A DNA stretch of 32,426 bases from a virus (taxonomy: Duplodnaviria > Caudoviricetes), in the IMG/VR virus record IMGVR_UViG_3300034025_000048, positions 1-32,426 of that record, one strand, 5' to 3'. This document shows, one piece after another, positions 8,185 to 19,015 of the stretch; positions within the stretch are counted from its first letter, which is position 1; every line of letters starts with the position of its first letter. Both the position numbers and the translations under genes were made by a program. The notes under the pieces were generated by a model, which was given only the letters and a program-made list of their open reading frames with translations, made no database searches and had not been told where the DNA came from.

Positions 8185-11100
8185 ATGGGCTTTAGCTCCT
8201 CACCTGGTGCAATTATTCGGATCGGCGTGGATGGCGCCGCCGAATCAAACCGCGAGATCGACACGGTCACGCGCAACATGAATAACCTGGCCTCGACGGT
8301 CCAGAACGCCATGCGCAACCTGGCCGGCGCGATCGGTCTCGGCGCAGGAATCTCCGGCATCGTTCAACTGTCGGACGAATACGCAAAATTTACAGCCCAG
8401 CTGAAGCTGGCCACGCGCTCGCAGAGTGAGTACCTTGTCGGCTACCGCGACGTAAAGGCGATCGCCAATGCAGCCAACCAAGGACTGATGGAGACCGGCG
8501 TACTGTACGCGCGGATCGCAAACGGCACACGCGAACTCGGAACGAGCCAGAAGCAAGTGGCCGCTATTACCGAGACCGTCAACCTAGCACTGAAGGTTTC
8601 CGGCGCTACGGCGTCCGAAGCCGCGTCGGCGCAACTGCAGCTTTCGCAAGCCTTTGCTTCCGGCACCCTGCGGGGCGAAGAATTCAACGCGGTCAACGAA
8701 GCGGCTCCGAGGCTCATGCTTGCCCTGGCGGAGGGCATGGGTATGCCCGTGGGCGCGCTGAAGGCCATGGCGGAGGAAGGAAAAATTACTTCCCAGATCA
8801 TGGCGGTGGCTTTGCCCACCGCGCTGGAAAAGCTGCGCGAGGAAGCGAAGCAAGTCCAGACGATCTCCGGCGCCTTTACTGTCCTCAAGAACAACGTGAT
8901 GGAGTTCGTCGGCATGCAGTCGCAAGCAAGCGGCGCCGTTGCCACGTTCACTAGCGCGATCGGCTTCCTTTCGTCCAATCTCGCCCTGATTGCAGGAGCG
9001 GTGGCCACGCTTACCACGGCCAAGCTGGCGACATGGCTTACATCCATGATCGGCGGATCACTGGCGGCCGCATCCGCCAACCGGGCACTTGCCGCATCCA
9101 ACCTTGCTGCGGCTGTTACCAGCACCCAGGCCGCAGCCCAAGCCTCGGCAGCCAAACTGGCCGAGGCGCAAGCCAACGTACGTGCGACGGCATCGGCTGC
9201 CGCGCTCGCTGCCGCCCGGGTCGCCGAGCTGCGCGCCTCGGTACTGGCTGCCGAAGGCGCCGTAGCCCTGGCCATTGCGACCAACGGGCTGATTCCAGCT
9301 CAGGCCCGCGCGATCGCGCTCGCCGAAGCAAACGCGGTCGCCCTCTCGGCGCAAGCTGTTGCAGCCGGCAACGCCACCAAAGCCGCCGTCGCGTCCACGG
9401 GCGCGCTCGCGGCCCAGGCTGCTGCCGGCGGGCTGGCGGCCCGCTCCATGGGCCTGCTGCGTGGCGCGATTGCCTTTCTTGGCGGCCCGATCGGCGCAAT
9501 CATCACGCTGCTCGGCATTGCGGTCACCGCGTGGTCGGTTTGGGGCCAGAAGGCAAAGGAGAGCACCGCAGCGGTTGCCGAGAGCTACGAGGACGCCCAC
9601 AAGCGGATCGTCAAGGTGCTAGACGAACAGATCACGAAGAACGAGCGCCTGATCCAGCTTAAGAACCTGGGAATGTCGAAGCCGGCAATCGATCGGGATC
9701 TCCCCGCGATCGAACAACTGGCGGCAGCGTCAAAGCGGCTCAACGATATCAATACTCGCTCGGGCGAATTCAAGGGAATCAACAACACCGAAGCGTATTT
9801 TGCACAGGCCGGTGTAATGAATGACATCGTCGTCCTGTCCGAAAAGATGAAGAAGAATCAGGACACCACACGCGCTGCGGAGGCGATGACGATCAAGGAA
9901 CGCGTGTCCGGCTTGATGAAGGAGCACGCGACCAAGCAAGAGCAGATGCAGGCGGAGCTGAAAGGGATTGAAGACCTCAAGGGGAAGACCGCAGAGTATG
10001 ACGTGCTGGTGGCCCGCATCAAGTTGAAATATGCCGACAAGGGCGGCGCAGCTGCCGCCAAGCAGGAGGCAACGGCCTACCAGAACCTGATCACCTCCGT
10101 CCAGGAGAGGATCGCGGCCGGCAGCCTTGAGCTGATGGGCTACGACAAGATGACCGAAGCGCAGAAGATGACGGTCAAGCTCGACGCGGCGATCGCAACG
10201 GGCAAGAGCAAGCTGAGCGGGGAGCACATCAAGGAGGCTCGTGCGCAGATCGCAATCGTCGCCGCCCAGGATGCGCAGATACTCTCAACCAAGAACGTGA
10301 AGGACGGGGTCCAGGAGCTGGCCGACGAGCGCAACTCGGCCTATGAGTCCGCAATGTCCGAGGTGCGGGCAAACGAGGACCTGGTCGCGCAGTACGGCAT
10401 GACCAAGCTGCAAATTGAACAGCTCACCCTGGCCCGCCTCGAGGACCAGCTGGCGCAGCGCGCTGCGCTCGAGCTTGATGACAAAGCGGTGGCCCAGCTG
10501 GAGCGCATGATCGCGGCCAAAAAACGCAACTTGGTAGCAGTGGGCAAGCTGGACGGCCTGGAGCGCGGGTCGGACGTTGCGAAGGCCAAGGAACTGCTCG
10601 ACGTGATGACGGCCGTTGACGAGGTTACGAAAGAGGCCGCGTCCAGCATGGCGGCATCCTTCGGTCGCGTAGGTTCTGCAATCGGCAACCTTACCACGGC
10701 ACTGACCGGCTACGGCCGCGCCCAGGCGGCAATCGCTGCCCAGCTCGCAACCGAGAAGCGCGACGCGAAGAACGACCCGGTCAAGTTGAAGGCGGCCGAA
10801 ACGAAAGCGTCGCAAGCTGCCGCCACGGCGCAGATACGCCAGTACGGCGACATGGCGTCGGCGGCCAAAGGATTTTTCAAGGAGAACTCCACCGGCTACA
10901 AGGTGATGCAGGGGGCCGAGAAAGCATTCCGTGCGTACGAGATGGCAATGGCACTGCAGTCGATGGTCAAGAAGATTTTTTTCAAGGAGTCCGAGGTCGC
11001 GGCAAACGTCGCGCTGAACGGCACCAAGCTGGCCGGCGAGGCCACGACGACGGCGGCGTCGACGGGGCTGGCGGCCACGGAGGCAAGCGCCTGGGGCATT

Positions 11101-13317
11101 ACCGCAGTGGTCAAGGCGCTGGCGTCCCTGCCATTCCCGGCCAACCTCGCGGCGGGCGCGGCAACGCTGGCGGCCGTGGTCGCGATCGGCGCCAAGATGC
11201 TGGGCGGGATCGGCGGCGGCAGCGTCAGCCTGTCAGAGCAGCGTCAGGCAACGCAGGGCACGGGTTCGGTGCTAGGCGACCCGAATGCCAAATCGGAATC
11301 GCTCTCGCGGTCCTTGGAGCTGCTCAGTGCGAACTCCAGCATCGAGCTGAACTACACGCGCGGCATGCTGTCGGCTCTGCGTAACATCGAGACATCGATG
11401 GGCGGGCTGAGCAATTTGCTGTTCCAGGGCGGCAAGCTGAGCACTTCCATTCCGGAGCAGGATCTCGGCTCGACCAACAAGATCATCGGAAAGGTGCTCA
11501 ACGCGGTCGGCGGCGGCGTCATCGGCGTGCTCTTTGACAAGCTCCTGGGCGGCAAGATCAGCAAGGGTTTGGCGAAGGTATCGAATGCTGTGTTCGGCGG
11601 CAAGGTGACCACGCTCGATACCGGTATCACCGCCGACAAGGCATCTCTCGGCAGCATCATGAGCGGCGGCATCCGCTCCAACCAGTACGTCGACACCAAG
11701 AAGGACGGCGGGCTTTTCCATAGCGACAAGAACAGGACGTCGCTTACCGGCTTGGGCGCCGAGGCGAACCAGCAAATCACCCAGATCATTGCCGACATGT
11801 CCGAGGGCATCAAGCAAGGGGCGGGTGTGCTGGGCGTCGGTGGTGATCTGTTCAACCAGCGTCTTTCCACCTTTGTGGTCGATATCGGAAAAATCAGCCT
11901 CAAGGGTCTCAGCGCCGAGCAAGTGCAGAAGGAGCTGGCGGCCGTCTTTTCGAAGGTTGGCGATGACATGGCTCGCTTTGGTGTTGCCGGCCTGTCGCAG
12001 TTCCAGCAGGTGGGCGAGGGCTACTTCCAGACCCTGATTCGCATCGCTTCGAATTACGCCAACCTGGACGGCACGCTGCAAAGCATCGGCATGACGTTTG
12101 GCGCCACGGGCCTGGCCAGCATCGCTGCGCGCGAGGACCTGATCAGCATGGCCGGCGGGATCTCCGACCTGGCCGGCAAGGCGTCGTCGTTCGCCGACAA
12201 TTTCTTGACCGAAGGCGAGCGCCTGGCGCCTGTGGTCAAGTACGTGACCGATCAGATGGCGGCGATGGGCCTGGCCCACATCGACACCCGTGAAAAGTTC
12301 AAGGACCACGTCCTCTCGCTGAACCTGGTCAACGAGGCGGAGCGGCAGCAGTTCAGCGCCTTGATGGACCTGGAGGCGGCGTTTGCGAAGACCCACGCCA
12401 CCACCGAGGACCTGACAATGTCCGAGCAGGCCATCGCGGACCAGCGGAAGAGCCTGCAGGACCAGCTGGACGAACTGACGATGACCAGCGCCCAGCTGCG
12501 CGCGAAGGAACGCGCCACGATCGACGCGAGCAACCTGGCGTTGTTCGACCAGGTGGTGCGTCAACGTGATTTGAAGGAGGCTACGGAAAAGGCCAACGAC
12601 GCGCTCAAGTCGACCATCGAGCGCCTCGGCGCCACGAAGGCGAGCACGCTGGCCTACCGCGATTCCCTGCTGCTCGGCAGCCTGTCCACATTGACGCCAA
12701 TGCAGAAATATCTGGAAACGCAGCGCCAGTATTCGGAGGCGCTGACGAAGGCGAACGCAGCCCCGGCGGACGCTGCAGCCCAGTCCGCGGTGCAGAGCGC
12801 GGCCACCGCATTCCTCTCGGCCAGCCAGGTCATCAACGCATCGAGCGCGGCATACATCAACGACAAGTCGAAGATCCTGGGCGACATGACGACGTTGGCG
12901 ACGATCGCCGGCGCCCAAATGACCGACGCCCAGCTGCAGCTCTCGCGCCTGGACGCGCAGGTGAACGGGATCTCGACCCTGAACACCACGGCTCTGGCAA
13001 TCGAGCAAGCGATCCTCAACCAGGGCGCGGTGGCGCCCGTGTTCGACGCGCAGAGGTATGGCGCAGGGTCTAGCGCCGGCGTCGACACACTGGCCGGCGC
13101 ACTCCGGGAGCTGCGCGCAGAAAACGCGGAGACGCTCAAGGTGCAGGCCGAATTGCTGGCCGAGCTTAAGCGCCTGCGCGCCGATGCGGCCCGCCACGCC
13201 ACGGACGCCATGGGAGTGGCAGAAGAAGTCGGCGGTGAGATCGCCGACAGCATTACGAGCGCCTTTGACCAGGCCGCTTACGCAGCAAAAAAACCTACCC
13301 GAGTCCCCACTCGGTGA
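8185..13317 (+). CDS. Tail tape measure protein
   Basis: About 1710 aa, Ala-rich and helical, with the tape-measure N-domain motif 'QLSQAFASGTLRGEEFNAVNEAAPRL'. Confidence 0.95.
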   Translation: MGFSSSPGAIIRIGVDGAAESNREIDTVTRNMNNLASTVQNAMRNLAGAIGLGAGISGIVQLSDEYAKFTAQLKLATRSQSEYLVGYRDVKAIANAANQGLMETGVLYARIANGTRELGTSQKQVAAITETVNLALKVSGATASEAASAQLQLSQAFASGTLRGEEFNAVNEAAPRLMLALAEGMGMPVGALKAMAEEGKITSQIMAVALPTALEKLREEAKQVQTISGAFTVLKNNVMEFVGMQSQASGAVATFTSAIGFLSSNLALIAGAVATLTTAKLATWLTSMIGGSLAAASANRALAASNLAAAVTSTQAAAQASAAKLAEAQANVRATASAAALAAARVAELRASVLAAEGAVALAIATNGLIPAQARAIALAEANAVALSAQAVAAGNATKAAVASTGALAAQAAAGGLAARSMGLLRGAIAFLGGPIGAIITLLGIAVTAWSVWGQKAKESTAAVAESYEDAHKRIVKVLDEQITKNERLIQLKNLGMSKPAIDRDLPAIEQLAAASKRLNDINTRSGEFKGINNTEAYFAQAGVMNDIVVLSEKMKKNQDTTRAAEAMTIKERVSGLMKEHATKQEQMQAELKGIEDLKGKTAEYDVLVARIKLKYADKGGAAAAKQEATAYQNLITSVQERIAAGSLELMGYDKMTEAQKMTVKLDAAIATGKSKLSGEHIKEARAQIAIVAAQDAQILSTKNVKDGVQELADERNSAYESAMSEVRANEDLVAQYGMTKLQIEQLTLARLEDQLAQRAALELDDKAVAQLERMIAAKKRNLVAVGKLDGLERGSDVAKAKELLDVMTAVDEVTKEAASSMAASFGRVGSAIGNLTTALTGYGRAQAAIAAQLATEKRDAKNDPVKLKAAETKASQAAATAQIRQYGDMASAAKGFFKENSTGYKVMQGAEKAFRAYEMAMALQSMVKKIFFKESEVAANVALNGTKLAGEATTTAASTGLAATEASAWGITAVVKALASLPFPANLAAGAATLAAVVAIGAKMLGGIGGGSVSLSEQRQATQGTGSVLGDPNAKSESLSRSLELLSANSSIELNYTRGMLSALRNIETSMGGLSNLLFQGGKLSTSIPEQDLGSTNKIIGKVLNAVGGGVIGVLFDKLLGGKISKGLAKVSNAVFGGKVTTLDTGITADKASLGSIMSGGIRSNQYVDTKKDGGLFHSDKNRTSLTGLGAEANQQITQIIADMSEGIKQGAGVLGVGGDLFNQRLSTFVVDIGKISLKGLSAEQVQKELAAVFSKVGDDMARFGVAGLSQFQQVGEGYFQTLIRIASNYANLDGTLQSIGMTFGATGLASIAAREDLISMAGGISDLAGKASSFADNFLTEGERLAPVVKYVTDQMAAMGLAHIDTREKFKDHVLSLNLVNEAERQQFSALMDLEAAFAKTHATTEDLTMSEQAIADQRKSLQDQLDELTMTSAQLRAKERATIDASNLALFDQVVRQRDLKEATEKANDALKSTIERLGATKASTLAYRDSLLLGSLSTLTPMQKYLETQRQYSEALTKANAAPADAAAQSAVQSAATAFLSASQVINASSAAYINDKSKILGDMTTLATIAGAQMTDAQLQLSRLDAQVNGISTLNTTALAIEQAILNQGAVAPVFDAQRYGAGSSAGVDTLAGALRELRAENAETLKVQAELLAELKRLRADAARHATDAMGVAEEVGGEIADSITSAFDQAAYAAKKPTRVPTR

Positions 13318-13345
13318 CCAGCAACGCTAACAGAAAGCACTGCAC

Positions 13346-15550
13346 ATGAATTTCGCCGACTTAGTAGAAGAAACAACCACAGTCACCTCCACCGCTGCGA
13401 TCGCCCTGCTGGGGGCGTCCGCCGGATACCGCACGTTCGCTCTTGAGTACGCGCTGAACACGGCCGATATTCCCGTTTGCGTGAAAGACGCTGCCGGCAA
13501 TTACGAGATCGGGCTGTATACGCTCTCCGCTGCGCAGGTACTGACTCGCAACGCGATCACCAAGAGTTCGAATGCGAACAATGCCGTCGCCTTTGGTGCG
13601 GGCACGAAGACGGTCGGCGTAGTCCTGTCGGCAGGGCAGATCGGGAAGCTCCACGCCACTGACGCAACGGAGGTAACGACAATCGCCGATGCGGCCGCAG
13701 CCTACCTGGCCGTGACGATTGGCGGGGTCGCCCGCAAGATCTCGGCGGCCAACTTCCTGACCACACTAGGACAGACGATCGCCCAGCTCGACCCGGCCGG
13801 CGCGATCGTGGGCACGGATCGATTGCCGATCAGCCAGTCAGGCGTGGAAAAGTACGGGACCATGACGGCGATCGCGGCCGCCGTCGCATCGCTGTTGGGT
13901 TTGACGGACAACACGGCGCCCAACGTCAGCTCGGCGGTGGTGTCGAACGCGGCCCCCACGGTGGTTGTGTTGCAGATGTCGGAAACGCTAAACGCCGGTT
14001 TCATTCCGGCCGCCAGCGCGTTCACCGTGAGTGGCCATACTGTGTCGAGCGTTGCCATCGCCGGCTCCACCATCAGCCTGACCTGCTCGGCTGCCTTCAT
14101 CTACGGGGAGACGCCGCGTACCGTGGCGTACACCCAGCCAGGCACGAACAACGCTCGCGACAGCGCTGGCAATCTGCTCGCCAACTTCGCAGGGACTGCG
14201 ATTACCAACAACGTGGCCAGCGCCGATGTGACCGCACCAACGTTCGTCAGCGCCGCCATTGCGAACGCATCGCCAACGGTGATCGATATCACCATGAGCG
14301 AGGCCCTGGCGGCGAGTGTGCCCGCGTCGACGGCATTCGCGGCGAGCGGCAAGACGATCACGGGAGTGTCGGTCGCAGGGTCGGTGATTTCCGTTACCGT
14401 AAGCGTGGCCTATGCTTTTGGCGATACGCCGACGATCACCTACACGCAGCCTGGCGCGAACCGAATCCAGGATGCAGCTGGTAATCCATCGGCGAGTTTC
14501 GGGCCGTCGACGGTGACCAACAACATCGGCGCGACCGACACTGTGCCCCCGAGCTTTGTTAGCGCCCAGGTGGCGAACGCTGCGCCGACTCAGATCGTGA
14601 TCACGATGAGCGAGACGCTCGGCGCCTTCACGCCGGCCGCAGCGGCGTTCACGCTGTCCGGCGGCAAGACCTGCACCAACGTCGCCCGATCGGGCGCCAC
14701 CTTGACCCTGACCGCGTCGGCCGCCTACGCGTATGGCGACGTGATCACGGCCTCCTACGTCAAGCCTGGCACCAACCAACTCCGCGACGTTGCGAACAAT
14801 GAAACAGCATCGTTCGGCCCGGTCGCAGTCACCAACAATATCGCGAGCACCGCCCCTGCTGCAGCAGTGACGTCGCTCGCTGCTGGTGCGAAAGCCGATA
14901 CCACGATCGAGCTGACGTGGGTAAATGCAACTGGCGGCACGGGATGGACGGTCAAGCAGCGCACGACCGCCGGCGGCGGCGCCTATACAACGTCGACCTT
15001 GTCGGTCGCAGCAACGGCGACCGGTTGCACCGTTTCGGGCCTTGCGGCGAATACGGCATACGATTTCGAGGTTACCGTCTTCAACGGCGGGGGCAACGGT
15101 CCAGCTGCTACGCTCGGCAATATCTCGACCACTGCAGCATTGGTCGCATGGACCAACTCCGCGTACAGCGGGACGTCCTTCAAAGCGACGGCCGATGGTA
15201 CAACCGCGTCGTCCGTCCAGGGCACCCTCAAGGGATATCTCGCAGCGAAGTGGCTGAACGGCGGGACCTATTGGGCAACGACGCCAAAGCCTGCTACGTG
15301 TAAAGGCGGTTGGGGTACGTCGGCAACAGTCCCCCCGGCTGAGATTACGATCGGTCAAAACCAAGCCGGCAGTGCTCCGGTCAACGGCATGCAGCCGCTC
15401 GGCGCCGCGACGGGCAATAACTGGAATATCGAACTGTACTGCTGGCTCACCGGCGGCTCGGGCTCCACCACGATGTACTACTGGATGAAGCCGGTTGATG
15501 GGGCTGCGCAATGCCTCACCCCGAGCGGTGTCATCTTCACCAACGTGTAA
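13346..15550 (+). CDS. Virion adhesin/fibre-like protein with three Ig-like (SwmB-type) repeats and an FN3-like domain
   Basis: Repeats start at 13907, 14225 and 14537 (DxTAP...MSExL...YTQPG...DxAGN...F...VTNN). FN3-like 'LTW...VSGLAANTAYDFEV'. Confidence 0.75.
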   Translation: MNFADLVEETTTVTSTAAIALLGASAGYRTFALEYALNTADIPVCVKDAAGNYEIGLYTLSAAQVLTRNAITKSSNANNAVAFGAGTKTVGVVLSAGQIGKLHATDATEVTTIADAAAAYLAVTIGGVARKISAANFLTTLGQTIAQLDPAGAIVGTDRLPISQSGVEKYGTMTAIAAAVASLLGLTDNTAPNVSSAVVSNAAPTVVVLQMSETLNAGFIPAASAFTVSGHTVSSVAIAGSTISLTCSAAFIYGETPRTVAYTQPGTNNARDSAGNLLANFAGTAITNNVASADVTAPTFVSAAIANASPTVIDITMSEALAASVPASTAFAASGKTITGVSVAGSVISVTVSVAYAFGDTPTITYTQPGANRIQDAAGNPSASFGPSTVTNNIGATDTVPPSFVSAQVANAAPTQIVITMSETLGAFTPAAAAFTLSGGKTCTNVARSGATLTLTASAAYAYGDVITASYVKPGTNQLRDVANNETASFGPVAVTNNIASTAPAAAVTSLAAGAKADTTIELTWVNATGGTGWTVKQRTTAGGGAYTTSTLSVAATATGCTVSGLAANTAYDFEVTVFNGGGNGPAATLGNISTTAALVAWTNSAYSGTSFKATADGTTASSVQGTLKGYLAAKWLNGGTYWATTPKPATCKGGWGTSATVPPAEITIGQNQAGSAPVNGMQPLGAATGNNWNIELYCWLTGGSGSTTMYYWMKPVDGAAQCLTPSGVIFTNV

Positions 15551-15558
15551 GGGCGCGC

Positions 15559-17082
15559 ATGAAAATTCGAATTACTTCGACGCCCCGGCTGCGGCTGCGC
15601 GCCGGTAAGGTTGGCCTGGTGGGCGAGTTCGGTGGAACGGCTGCTGACAGCGTCACCTTGATCGATTTCGCCCTGGACTATCAGGGCTTTCAGCATGTGA
15701 GCGGAAGCAAGAATATCCCTGTTTCAGTGAACTACACCGGATCGCCCAGCCTGATCGAGGTGCGTGCTGTCAACGACGAGACCGGGATCGCGGTCACGCC
15801 CTGGACCACACTCGCGGCCAACCCTTCGGGCGGCCTGGCAAGTGGGTTCCTCAACGTCGCTGCGGCGTTGCGGTTCTGCCGCCTCGAGGCGCGCTGCGGA
15901 GTCAACACCGCGCTCGTTTCAAGCGGCACGAAGCGCTTCGGCGTCGGGATCTTTGTTATCCAGTGGGGCCAGTCGAACATGGCCAACAGGACCTCTGCCA
16001 ACGGCCCTCGATATCCGCTGTCTAGCAAGTACGTCCGCGAGTTCTCTACTGCCGGCGTATTCCGCAGGTTCGGCAACATTAACGACACCTACCCTCCGAA
16101 CACGCTGTACGGAACGTACTCGTCATACACGGGTTCCGGTGGCTCTGTTGGTGATGGCGACGTCATGTTCGCTAACCTCTTAGCTGCCGCGCTGCAGATG
16201 CCCGTGTTCCTGATCAACCGTGCGGTCGGCGGCTCGGAGATATCGTCGTGGATCGAGGATAACAATGCCGGCGTCGACAACAACTGGGACAAGCTTCGCA
16301 AAGCAATCATTGCCGCGACCGGCGGGGACTTCGAACTGGCGATCGGCCAGATCGGCGAGACAGACGCAAATTCGAAGACGCAGGCTTACATGGAGACGAA
16401 CTTTGCAGCAGTCCACGCCAACATGAAAACCCTTTCCGGTCGCAACAACAGCAACTTCAAGTTCGGCTTGTGCTCGCTCGGCCAGGGCAGCTACCTGACT
16501 TCGGTCGAGGGCGACTTCGGAAGGATGCGCCTGGCCGTCCAAGCTTATTGCAACAATACCGGCGCGTACCTGGCGACGAGCTATCACGACACGCTTACCT
16601 CGGACACCGTCCACATCCTTGGCGAGGGCTTCGGGCGCGGCCAGCCACGGGAGGCCAAGTCCTTCCTGGCCACGCAGGGCATCGGCACGTCGGGCGCCGG
16701 GCCGCGTATCGTCAGTGCGCTTCGGTCCGGGCTTGATGTGGTATTCACCGTCGTACACGCCGGCGGCACCAATTTGACCGATGGCGCCGGCGGCACCGGG
16801 GCGGCCCTTACGGGGTTCCAGTTCTATGACGAGGGTGCTGCCAGGGCGGCGATCGCTTACACGGCTACGGCGATCCTCAGTCCTACGAGCATTCGCGTCA
16901 CCTTGGCATCGCTGCCGGCCGGAGTATTGAAGGCCCGCTATGGAATCATGAATGTGCCCCACGGGACCAACAACAACCCGCAAACCTTCGTGGCGGCGTC
17001 GTGCGTCTACGACAATGCTTTGCCGTTCAACAGCACAGTCGGCTGCCCGATGCAGGTGTGCGCTGAACTCACCGTGAACTGA
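15559..17082 (+). CDS. SGNH/SASA-family carbohydrate O-acetylesterase, probably virion-associated
   Basis: GQSNM nucleophile motif, AVGGS, a QGExD-like 'QIGETD' and DTVH (DxxH). Confidence 0.8.
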   Translation: MKIRITSTPRLRLRAGKVGLVGEFGGTAADSVTLIDFALDYQGFQHVSGSKNIPVSVNYTGSPSLIEVRAVNDETGIAVTPWTTLAANPSGGLASGFLNVAAALRFCRLEARCGVNTALVSSGTKRFGVGIFVIQWGQSNMANRTSANGPRYPLSSKYVREFSTAGVFRRFGNINDTYPPNTLYGTYSSYTGSGGSVGDGDVMFANLLAAALQMPVFLINRAVGGSEISSWIEDNNAGVDNNWDKLRKAIIAATGGDFELAIGQIGETDANSKTQAYMETNFAAVHANMKTLSGRNNSNFKFGLCSLGQGSYLTSVEGDFGRMRLAVQAYCNNTGAYLATSYHDTLTSDTVHILGEGFGRGQPREAKSFLATQGIGTSGAGPRIVSALRSGLDVVFTVVHAGGTNLTDGAGGTGAALTGFQFYDEGAARAAIAYTATAILSPTSIRVTLASLPAGVLKARYGIMNVPHGTNNNPQTFVAASCVYDNALPFNSTVGCPMQVCAELTVN

Positions 17083-17090
17083 GGCGGGCC

Positions 17091-17438
17091 ATGATTGGAC
17101 AATCAATTTCTAGCGCGCCCATCAGTGGCGCCCGTGCAGTATCAGGTCCCGCACTACCGGACGACGGCACGCTCAATCACATTCGCTACAACCTGGTCAC
17201 ACACGATGTCGAACAGCACGTCAACCTGGTCAACCTTCGCTACGCTCTGTTTGCGCAGCTGTCGCCGTCGAATTTTGGCGCACCCGTCGCAAAAGGGACA
17301 ATCCCTCTCATCAGCGGCCCGGCCCAGCTGGACATCGCGGTGTCTGCAGCGGCTGTGCCGATCGGGTGGTACATGCTGATTCTGTCGGACGCCGATAACA
17401 CCACCACCGTGGCCGTGCCTGTGTTGGTGGCCAAATGA
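17091..17438 (+). CDS. Hypothetical tail-region protein
   Basis: 115 aa, GAGG RBS, ATGA-coupled to the next gene. Confidence 0.65.
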   Translation: MIGQSISSAPISGARAVSGPALPDDGTLNHIRYNLVTHDVEQHVNLVNLRYALFAQLSPSNFGAPVAKGTIPLISGPAQLDIAVSAAAVPIGWYMLILSDADNTTTVAVPVLVAK

Positions 17439-19015
17439 CGAACATCGTATTTGACAGCCCGCGCGCTCCAGGCGGCGGCATCGTGTTTGATGTTCCAACG
17501 GCCGAACCCCTAGCGCCGTCGACGGGCGATGGCGGCGTCATCAGCGACGCCGCATTCAACGACTGGCTGAGCAGCGACGAGGCGATCACCAACGTGCTGG
17601 TGGAAACCTTCGCCCTGGTGAACGGCGTCCGCACCAGGTTCCAGTGGTCAACGCTGGGCTATACCACCGAAGGGGTGGCGAACCCGGTCTACTACCCGCC
17701 CGATATATCGCTAAGCGTCCCGTTCCGCGAGGCCCTGTCGCTGCAGGGTCCTGCGACGCTGTCCGCCGGCGATATCGAGATCGACAACACGAATGGCGTT
17801 AACGAGTCGCTTGCCGCCCACATTTGGGCGGACGAGCTGCAGTGCTGGGTGGGCGACGTACGCTGGTCGCGCCTGGACTACCGCCCGATCCTGATCGGGC
17901 ATACGGTTGGCCTGGAGCGCAAGGGCACTTCGTTTGCGTTGCTGCTGCGAGACATGATGGAGGGCCTGAACTACCCGATGAGCGAGAAGAAATTCGGTGG
18001 TAACGGCGTCACCGCGGACACGTTGGTTCCGCTTAGTTTCGGCGAGTCCTGCAACGCGAGCGGCGCCTGGGAGGACCCGGCCGGGCTGGTGCGCCGTTGG
18101 CACGACGGCCCCATCGAGGGCATCGTTGAGGTGCGCGCCAACATGCTGCCGATAACCGAGCAGCTGACGGTCGACAACGCCACTGGCAAGGGTGTGCTGC
18201 TGGTGAACAACGAGAACGCTACGATCACCGCGACCGTGCAGGGCGACAAATTCGGAGGTGTATTTCGGAAGACCATCGCGAGCCTCGTGATGCGCTTCAT
18301 CACCGGGTATGGAAAGGACATCGGCCGGTACAACTCGTCCAATATCGACGTCGCAAACTTCGCTGATTTCGACGCGGCGAACCAGCAGGCTGTCGGCCTG
18401 CACGTGCTCGACCGGCTCAACGTGATCGACGCCTGCGCGCTCCTGGCCAGCAGCGTTGGCGCCCAGCTCGCGCCGGCACTGGAGGGCAAGCTGCAGCTGA
18501 TCCAGATCGCGATCCCTGCAGCGGGCGCCGCCAGGGTCATCACGGCGTCGCACATGTTGGTCGACAGCCTGCGGCACGTCGAGCGCATCGAGCCGGTGGC
18601 GGCCGTGCAGCTTGGCTACTGCAAGGTATGGACCGTGCAGAAGGGGCTGAGCAGCAACATCCCGGCGGAGCACCGAGTCCTGTTCGAAAGCGAATGGCCG
18701 CTCACGGTGACGCGCGTCAGCGCAGCCATCAAGAAGGCGTACAGGATCGATGGCGAGCCGGCCGTGATGAAGCCCACCATGTTCCTCAATCGCGCGGACG
18801 CCGTGGCCGAGGCCGACCGGCTCGTCGCGCTGTGGGGGCCGGGCCGAGACATCTACGAATTCGAAGGCGTGCCGGAACTACTGCAGATCAAGAAAGGGCA
18901 ACGGATCATTGTGTACCACGAACTGGATGGGATGGAGGCAGGCGTCGAGGCGCAAGTGCTTGAGGTCGAGCGCAACTGGATTACGCGTGAAGTGAAAGTG
19001 AGGTTCCTTAAATGA
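17435..19015 (+). CDS. Minor tail/tail-tip hub protein
   Basis: 526 aa, motifs 'GDIEIDNTNG' and 'VPLSFGESCN', coupled within the tail operon. Confidence 0.7.
   Translation: MTNIVFDSPRAPGGGIVFDVPTAEPLAPSTGDGGVISDAAFNDWLSSDEAITNVLVETFALVNGVRTRFQWSTLGYTTEGVANPVYYPPDISLSVPFREALSLQGPATLSAGDIEIDNTNGVNESLAAHIWADELQCWVGDVRWSRLDYRPILIGHTVGLERKGTSFALLLRDMMEGLNYPMSEKKFGGNGVTADTLVPLSFGESCNASGAWEDPAGLVRRWHDGPIEGIVEVRANMLPITEQLTVDNATGKGVLLVNNENATITATVQGDKFGGVFRKTIASLVMRFITGYGKDIGRYNSSNIDVANFADFDAANQQAVGLHVLDRLNVIDACALLASSVGAQLAPALEGKLQLIQIAIPAAGAARVITASHMLVDSLRHVERIEPVAAVQLGYCKVWTVQKGLSSNIPAEHRVLFESEWPLTVTRVSAAIKKAYRIDGEPAVMKPTMFLNRADAVAEADRLVALWGPGRDIYEFEGVPELLQIKKGQRIIVYHELDGMEAGVEAQVLEVERNWITREVKVRFLK

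Noticed and set aside
11272-13197. 641-aa minus-strand ORF, plus other long antisense ORFs such as 2459-3754 and 13988-15511
   Set aside because: These are shadow frames of GC-rich genes on the opposite strand, with no recognisable motifs.
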